This document shows, piece by piece, positions 19,501 through 28,500 of a stretch of 64,000 bases of DNA (position 1 is the stretch's first letter; each line of letters begins with the position of its first letter). The position numbers and the translations under genes were made by a program. The notes beneath the pieces were generated by a model that was given only the letters and a program-made list of their open reading frames with translations, made no database searches and was not told where the DNA came from. Source of the DNA: a virus (lineage: Duplodnaviria > Caudoviricetes); the IMG/VR virus record IMGVR_UViG_3300012347_000469, positions 1 through 64,000 of that record; one strand, 5' to 3'.

Positions 19501-22500
19501 GATTTAGAAATTCTATCAAACTTTATACCAATTTTTAATGATCTAACAAGCCCATTGCCTAATACTGCCGAAGCAGTTGCAATATTAGTCGAAGACCCGT
19601 TACCGCCAACTAATCGAACAGTAGGAGCAGATGTGTATCCAGCACCAGTTGATAAGATTTCTATACCAGACACGCTGCCATTTGACAAGTATGCCTTGGC
19701 TACTGCACCTGTACCTGATCCATCAATTAATACCGACGGAGGGGAAGTATAGCCAGTTCCTGCATTAATTAGTGTAATTGCAATTACAGATTGCCCTAAG
19801 TTTTGATAGAATGATTGCCACGGATAGCTTTCTGATATTATATTTTCTGCAGTAATTGGTACTATTTTACCGTATTCAGTAGAGTATGCTGGTGGATTAT
19901 CAAAATCTAAAATTGCATTATTTGCATATTCAACTGCATCATATTTTGAAGTATATTCTCGAATAGTAGTTCTATACGGTTTAACTTCTTCGATATACTG
20001 TTGATAACTTTCTAGATTGTCATTTTTATAATTTAATCGTTGATCTAACATTCCTACTTTATGTATTGCATTAAGGAAACTAGTCTTAAATGCCCAATCG
20101 ACTGCAGGTAGCTGAACAAAAGAATATCGAATTGATGTAAAAAATAATTTATTCCATTCGACTCTTAAATCATCAATGAAAATATCTTCTTTAATTGCAG
20201 ATAAAATATTTCTAAGTTCAGCAGTAGGTTGTAAGTCGTAGAAATTACCGTCATACGTCGAAACAGTATCAATTCCGATACCCGATAGTTGTGAAAATTT
20301 CGACTTGATAATTTCTATTGTACCGTTTTCTCTAGCAACTAGATTATAGTTTTGAAGTATTGTTCCAGCACCAAACTCAGTTTTTTGTAATAATGCCCAT
20401 CCGCCATTTGCAAATTCAGTTATTCGAATAATATCCCCAGTGTTGGGTCTAATTGACGGTTCTTCAGTTAAACTAGAAATTTCAGTAACAATTCGTGATG
20501 TTGGTGTTACTCCAGCTGCATACCAGTCAACAAATTTCCAATAATTAGGTGTATTAAATGATTGAATTTTTCTCTTAAAAAATATACTGCGACGATCATC
20601 CCAACTATAAATAACCCAATAATTGTCAATTGTTTCGTCTTGTTCAACTAATACTGAGAATTGTCTAACAGATACTACTGCCGACAAATACTTTCGACCC
20701 CTAGATAATATAGTAACTGATGAAATTTTACCTTGTGAATCAATAGTAGCTACTGCCTTGGCTCCAATGCCAGATCCTTGAATTATAATCGGCGGTACTA
20801 CTCTATAACCTGCGCCCGGCTCAAGAATTGTAATTGATTCGATTTCTCCGTCGGTAATATTCGCAACAAGTACAGCTTGCTTTACTTTAACAACTCCGAC
20901 TGTTTCTAAGTCGATATATTGAGGAACTACTAAATCGTACTCGGCTAATTCTTGAATTGGTACACTATCTACTAATCCAAGATTAGAATAACTAATAGTA
21001 TCAGCAAATGGCTTAGATTGTAATAGTACATTAACATTTTCTAGTACTGCATCGAGTACCGAAAACCGATCAGCAAACATAGATTGTCTAGGTCTAAAAC
21101 TTAATCCATATCGCTGTTTTGGTGATAACTTAGTATCCGGAACTTTATTGCCGGATTGATCGTATCCTACTAAACTATCAATCCATTTAGCTTCTAAACT
21201 AGCAGTTGGTAAGCTATCAGCTACTCCTTCTGTTAAAAGTTGATATTCAGTATGTACTGGATTTATTTTATAAGCTGATTCTGCATACTCGATATTGATT
21301 GCCGAATTGTCACTTGTTAGTAATGAACGCATATTCCATAATAAAAATTTATCAGTGTCAATTAGTGCAATAAACGGTAGTCCGCTTGTTTCTGGCGAAG
21401 CAATTAAATTGCTTACCTGGCTAGCAGAAATCCTACGAGTCGGCATACCTTCGGGAGTGGCTGTTTTATTCTTAACCCAATAAAAATAAAGTGTATTTGA
21501 TAATTCTCCGGATACTGAATTATACAGCGGCTTAACAGAATAAACTGAATTATCTACAAATTTAGGAGTGCCAGAAATTCCTAATGAAACTCCTTCAGTG
21601 GTGATCGACAATGCGGCCCACTCTGATGGTGTGTAAATTGATTCTACCCATTCGTATATATCGATAGAGGATCCAGTAACTTGAGAATTCCACTGACCGA
21701 TTCTGTATGCAATATCGCCTTGTTCTGCGTATGTAAATTTTACAGTACTTAAATCCCACCAGAGTTTCCCTACATTATCAGAAAACCATGCCTGTGAATC
21801 GTCTACTTCGTGATCTGCTGTCCCTACAGAATATATAGCAGGATCATATACTGTTTTAAATGATAACTCTTGTTCAGCTACTCCGAGAATATTAAGCTTG
21901 TAATGATCTACGATGTCGAGACTACCTAAATTAATATTTGTTTCTAAATCATATACTGAAATATTTTTTATAAGATCTAAATTAACTAACTTGCTTTCTT
22001 GTGCAATTACTTGTAACGAGTTAGTAGTTTCATCTTTTGAAAATACCCTAACTTTACCAATTTTAGTAGTTGACAGTGCAGTGCCGGTGCCTGATCCAGC
22101 AGATAATGCTGTAAATCGTGTTCCTACTGTAGGAGTAATATTACGTGATACTCCTAATGAGTACCAGTCAGTTGTTCCAACATTAGTAATTGTATACGAT
22201 TGTCCTGCTATTAAATTCTCAGAAGCAGATTCGAGTTTATAGTCAGGAGATCCAACTACAATTACTGAATTTGTAGCATCTATTGCTGTACCGAACGATT
22301 CAAAATTTTGCAAATCTGCTTCTAATTTTTCAGCCAACAAATATACTTGGTCTTTATTTTCATAAACGTATACTTGCCCAGCACTTCCGATTGCATCGTA
22401 GAAGCTAGTTCGATTTTTATCAAAAGTAATCGATCCTGCATCAAATATCGAAGTCGACGCATTTTTTACATTTTTTGCACCGATTACAATACGTTCACTA

Positions 22501-25500
22501 CGTTGGCTAATTGACACACTAGTACCGAAAAACTCATTAGGAAATTCTTCATAGCTTAGCAGTTTCTGTACTAGTTTAAATGTAGTACTTGTCGAGGATA
22601 AGTCTTTTCTAAAAATGTAAACCGATCCTTGAGAATTAAAATTGATATCGGCATTAGGACTTGATATTACTAAAGTAGATCCTGCCCAATCGATGTCCAT
22701 CGATAGCCCGAACTGATCTCCACTAGCAATAATTTCGCTAGTACCTGTATCATTTATATCATCTAAAGTAGCAGCAGTAATAGTCTGATGGAGAATATAT
22801 GCGCCAGCTAACGATCGTTGATAAACAAATACCTTTCCTGTAGGCAATCTAGAACTGTCGCCTACAATTGCCCACGGATCTCGCTCTGGTGATTGATTAA
22901 TACTAGCATATACAACTGATGAGTCTGTCGATGGATCGTTATCTGATCTTGGATCATACAATTTTCTATAAGAACTAATACTAGTTAGCGGGTCTTCATA
23001 TCGTACTACATCGTTTGTGTAATAAACTTGATAAGGACTCCATACTCCTTTATAATTTTCAAAATATTGATTATCTGCGTTAGGAGCACTGACTACCAAA
23101 ATACTGCCATCTCGACTCATTGATATAGCATGCCCGAAGTTATCACCTTGCTTTACCATTTCAGAAAATTGTAAAGTATTAGATGTTGAATCTCCTAACA
23201 AACCAGTTGGTAATGTTAACACTTCTTCGTCGTATGCTGTTCTTGATGGTAAGAAACTACCAGAATTTTCAACTAACTCCCACATCTCATCATTAAATGC
23301 AGTGTTTTGCGTTTTAATAATGTCAACAGTGGCAGTCCATAACTTGTTATTGTACCAAACTACTGAACTGGCAGGGAATACAATATCATTAATTACATAT
23401 TCTGTAGAATCAATACTAATATATAATCCTCTATAATTTCGATCTTCAACTATACTCCATTTAGAGTTTTCATATACATATAAGTAAACCCGGCCGGTAC
23501 TGTTTACTGCACCAGTTGCCGAGACCGCCATATAATATTTGCCGTTTGATACAGATATCGAAATACTAGATCCAAAGTATTCATTAGCAAATACCCTAGG
23601 ACTAACAATTACATCTGATACCGTCCATTGATTAGACTGCCATTTATATAAGAATACCGCTCCTTGGTGGGTAGGGCCTGCATATCCAGATAAATCTCCC
23701 TTAACTAATGTCGCTGGTTTCCAGTCTTCGGTATATATGTCAATTGTACTACCATCGCCAATTCGAGTACCTACAGATTCCCAAAGTTGTCCTTTGTATA
23801 ATACAATATCACCAATTGAATATGCAGCCGCTGGATTAAATTCGCCTGCAAAGTTACTCTTAATTCCGCTAGCATTAGGTGCTCCTACTGCTAACCATTT
23901 ATCGTCCGGACTTAATGCAAGCACTGCACCGAAACTAAAATTTAATGCAGTAGCATATCCCGATGCCGGAATTATAATTTGACTAACTGCTAATGTATTA
24001 TTATAGTCCGCTAGCGAAATAACTTGACCCGAACCAGGAATACCGACTAGTGATCTGTTCAAACTAATAGCATGTGCTACCGCAGATCCGACGCGTAAAG
24101 GATTCGTAATTAAATAATTACTAACAGTAGACCCAACAAATTGTGTTTGCTTTTGCAAAACTTGCCATGCGGTTGATGCCGACTCATCTCCATATATATC
24201 ATCGATCCATATTCTAGAATTAGTCTTCAGTAATGTTAAAGATTCACGGTTAACATCTGCAAATGATTTATATCTTGCATTGGTTAGTAAATATAGATTG
24301 TATGAGATTGTGCTAGAATCAAACGGTATCAATAACGAAGTAGATTCAACTACAACTGTGAAAGATGTATCGGTTACTGCAACAATATTAAAAAATCCAG
24401 TTAGCTCGTCGATATCTCGAATACCTATGTAGTCATCAACATTTAATAAATGAGGGCGATTAACTGTTACTGTAACTAAGGTATCGACTTTAACAATACT
24501 CGTAATATATATAGAACTAGTAAAGTTGAATCGTAATACTGACCATGTGTAATTATCAAAAGTAATCCAAAAATGTGTATTTTCCGGAACTGTATTAATA
24601 TCAATTGTTTTTAAATCAGATTTTGTTCGTACTGTGTAATCTATTTGATTAAGTGCTACGTAACCTGCCGATCTAGTAATTCCTGTATACTGACTAGTCG
24701 GATTAACAGCGGTAGTAAAAGGAATCGGTGCATAACTGAACTTACTTTGATCTGTCCTAATATATAAATCAGTGTAGTTACCGGTTGTTGATGATATTAT
24801 AATTGGCTGAGGATTTAATTCAAAATCACCTTTATTAATTTCAAACTCAACATATGAAACTTGATCGGTACCTCCTAGCCTACCGACTTGAAACGCCCAT
24901 TCTTCGTTTAATACAATTCCGGCATCTATATCAGTGTTTGCTTTATCAAATAATTTAACCAATGCATTAGCAGTGCCTTTTTCTCGTATAAATCCTTGGT
25001 ACAGTTTAAATTGGGAAACTTGATCTTCTGCAATTTCTTGTAAATAATCTCTAGTTTGATAACCGATTGCGTGTCTTGCAAGATCTCGTTGACTAGATCC
25101 AATTCCGTCAGCATCTGAATTATAGTAATCACTGAATTGATTAATTTTGTAATCAAAATTAGATAATAGTTGACTTTCGGGTGTTACATCTAATTTGCTC
25201 CACTTAGATTCGTCAAATGTGTCAGTTCCTAATTGGAATTTTAAATTTGTCCAATTATAAGAACGATACGATACTATATCACCTAATTTATAATCAACAA
25301 ACGGAGACCACGGTGTAATATTAACATTGTCGTATATAAATCCTGGACTTGTGTAATCACCATCCCAATCTGTAGTTCTAAATCCTCTTGATTTCAATCT
25401 GTTTTGACGATACCCTGTAGTTTTATCATATATTACATCATTAAATACAGTTCTATCTGAAAAAATAGCAACGTGCTCTTTTAAAACTAAGTACGCTTTG

Positions 25501-28500
25501 AGTAGATATATGCTGTCTGATAAATTAACTGTCTCAACCGTTAATTGTTGGAACTCGCGGGTTACATTAATTGCACTAGGTAATAATACATTTCCGTCAT
25601 TCTTTAAGATTTGATAATCATAGAATCCATCTAAGAAATTTTCCGCCACGCCGACTGAAGTAGTAAACGTAAGTTTGTTTGCTGCCGGGCTTAATGATAG
25701 CAATGCTCCTTGTGCCCAGTTATGGCGAGTCCAAAATAAGAATTCCTTAATACTGGTTACCCAATTTCTAGTTTCTCGCAAAACAGTATCATACTCGTCA
25801 AATACAAAACCTTCAGATTTAAGATATTCCGAATATCCGCATAAAAAATCAACAACATCTTGTATAGATGTAAAAATTGTACCGTATTCAAGTTCTTCAG
25901 CTTTAGATTTATAAAATTGAGTTCTAACAAATACTGTAACTCCCCCAGTAAGAGGTAATGCGGGTATTTTTTTCCATAATGAAGCCTCGAACACTGTGCC
26001 ACTGTTGTGTGACTTAATTGCTCGATAAAAGCTATCGTAGTATTTAATTAGTGTTCCGTTAGAATATGTAACATTAGATTCCCATTCTACATAATTATCA
26101 GATACCCCGCCTACGCTTAGTAATTGACTCTCGACTAGTTGGGGACTATAATATTTAAATACTGGATTGAGATTGTCATACCCATAAATTTTGTATCCTC
26201 TTTCAGCTTTTTCAATTATTACTCCACTATAAGTAACTGTTTGCATAGGAATTCCAACATTGAAAATTATGTTATAATTTTCAATGGGTACAAAAATACT
26301 ACTAGTTTTTGCATTAGGATTTTTACTATCTAAAATGTATTTTTGTTGAGTTTTATCAACAAATCCCGATAATCGTGTAGAAAGATGTACATCAATACCG
26401 TATATCTTTTCAGATATAGTAGTTAGCGGCAAATTCACATACTTACCGTAGTCTGTTATATAATTTATCAATCCTGATGAGACGATTCCGCCAACTTCCG
26501 GTATTACTATATTTTCAAGTTTTAAAAATTGATTAGACTCTACACATACTGTTTGCCCTATCTTATTTAATTTTACTCTATTTTTATCTAAGTTTTCACC
26601 AATAAATTCAAACGGTCTCATTATGCATGATGCAATAATTAAAGAAAACGGCCAGTCGCTGCTACGTTTCCATGCAGTTTCTACCGGAGATCCATCGCCG
26701 AATTTAAAATCGTTGTTTTTATCAACTAGGGGGAGAGTACCAATTAAATTTGAATCTATTGGTGATAATAAATTACCGTCGGCATCTACTGGTAAATGAC
26801 TTAAAATGGTAGGACGCTTGTATCTGTCATGTGTCCCAGCTGTAGGTCCATTTCGAATTATACCGTCGCGAATATCTTCCCATAAAATTAAGTTATTGCT
26901 TGTGTATGGGAATTCTCCGTATTCGCTATCCCACCATGTTGGTTTTTCAGAAAAACCAAGCATTGCCCACGGTGTTAAATGAGGAGTATCAGTATCATAA
27001 AACCAATTGTATAATCCTCTCCACCATCCTGGTAAATTGCCTTCACCTGTTAAATCAGTTAAGTCGCTGTAAGTATAAGTGAACGGGTTGCTCGGAATGA
27101 AGAATTGATTTTCGACAAATTCAGTTCTAGAAAATTGTGCCCATTGTCTAAATTGTTTAGATATAACAGAATCTAATTGTGATTTTGAGTAAACTGCATT
27201 TCCGTACTTGCCGCCAAATATATAATCAATATCATATATTTCTGTGCTATATGTTTTTTTGATATTATTATAAATTCTCTTTTCTAATTCTAAAATAACA
27301 TCATCTCTATAATCGTTATACGCAACAGTAATGCTGCCGTCGTGACCACGAATAACATTAATCGGTTCGATATATGTATTATCTAAAAATTTTTCCGGCA
27401 AGTATCTTTTGTATAGCCCTAACTTAGTAGGAGTCGGAGGCATATAACTAAATGCCGTACTTACATATTCTTTAATAACAACAACATCATTTTCTGATAC
27501 GTCAACTAGTAATTCAACAAATCCAAAATTAGAATTGAAAATATAATCTCGAGATACAACTAATTGTAAGTTATTTAAATAAATGTAAACAGCACGGCGA
27601 CTCGATGTGTCGAGGTCAAATTTATTAGACAACGCAAATACTTTAATTTCTGGGTCTTCTACTACATAAACTTTTGCAGTATGTGCCCCTACTCCTAACA
27701 TATCAGAGTCTGCAAACGGAGTAGTTTGAGTCTTGACTTTGGTCATTTCGACAATAATGTCATCAACAAACTGAACTGGATCATTATCGTACTCAAGGGT
27801 CTCTGCTAGTCGAACAAAGTTATTTTTATAATTTCGATATGCATTATTTGCATACTCTACCGATTTAATTACATTTAATTGTTTGTCACATAATAATTCA
27901 ATTGCAACAGGAGTTATGCTAGAATGCTTAACAAAGCGTTTCGCTAGATGCTGATACCCAGTGATGTCTCTAAGATTACTATTTCCAGGATATATCCCAT
28001 TAAACTCACTAAAAATGTCGACCGCAGTAGATATATGATCTACTGCTTCTCCTAATGTAAATGTGGTAATATCTTGATTTAACGGATTTTTTTCTAAGCC
28101 AATAGGAATTTCATAATAGCCGTACTTGGGCTCTGCATTACAAAATACTTTAATAGATACTACTGTTCCGACAGGTAATAATACATTAAATATAAATTTG
28201 TTATCGACTCGTTCTACAGGTGCAGTGTATTTCTCTCCGTTAACATATATAATTGTTTTATAAATATTGTCTAAAGGAGTAGCTGCCCAATCGATAGCAT
28301 CAATAATTGCAATATTTGACTCAGTAGTAATTGTTACGGTATCGATAATTGGTTGATAAAAGCGTTTGTCGGATTTAATCCAGCAATTTCCGTACTCTCC
28401 AGTTTCTATGGATTCATAATACCCGGCCGAAATAGGTTTTACAATTTGTGTCCTATTTAATTCATATTGAAACGATTCGATATCCCAATCAAAATTAAAT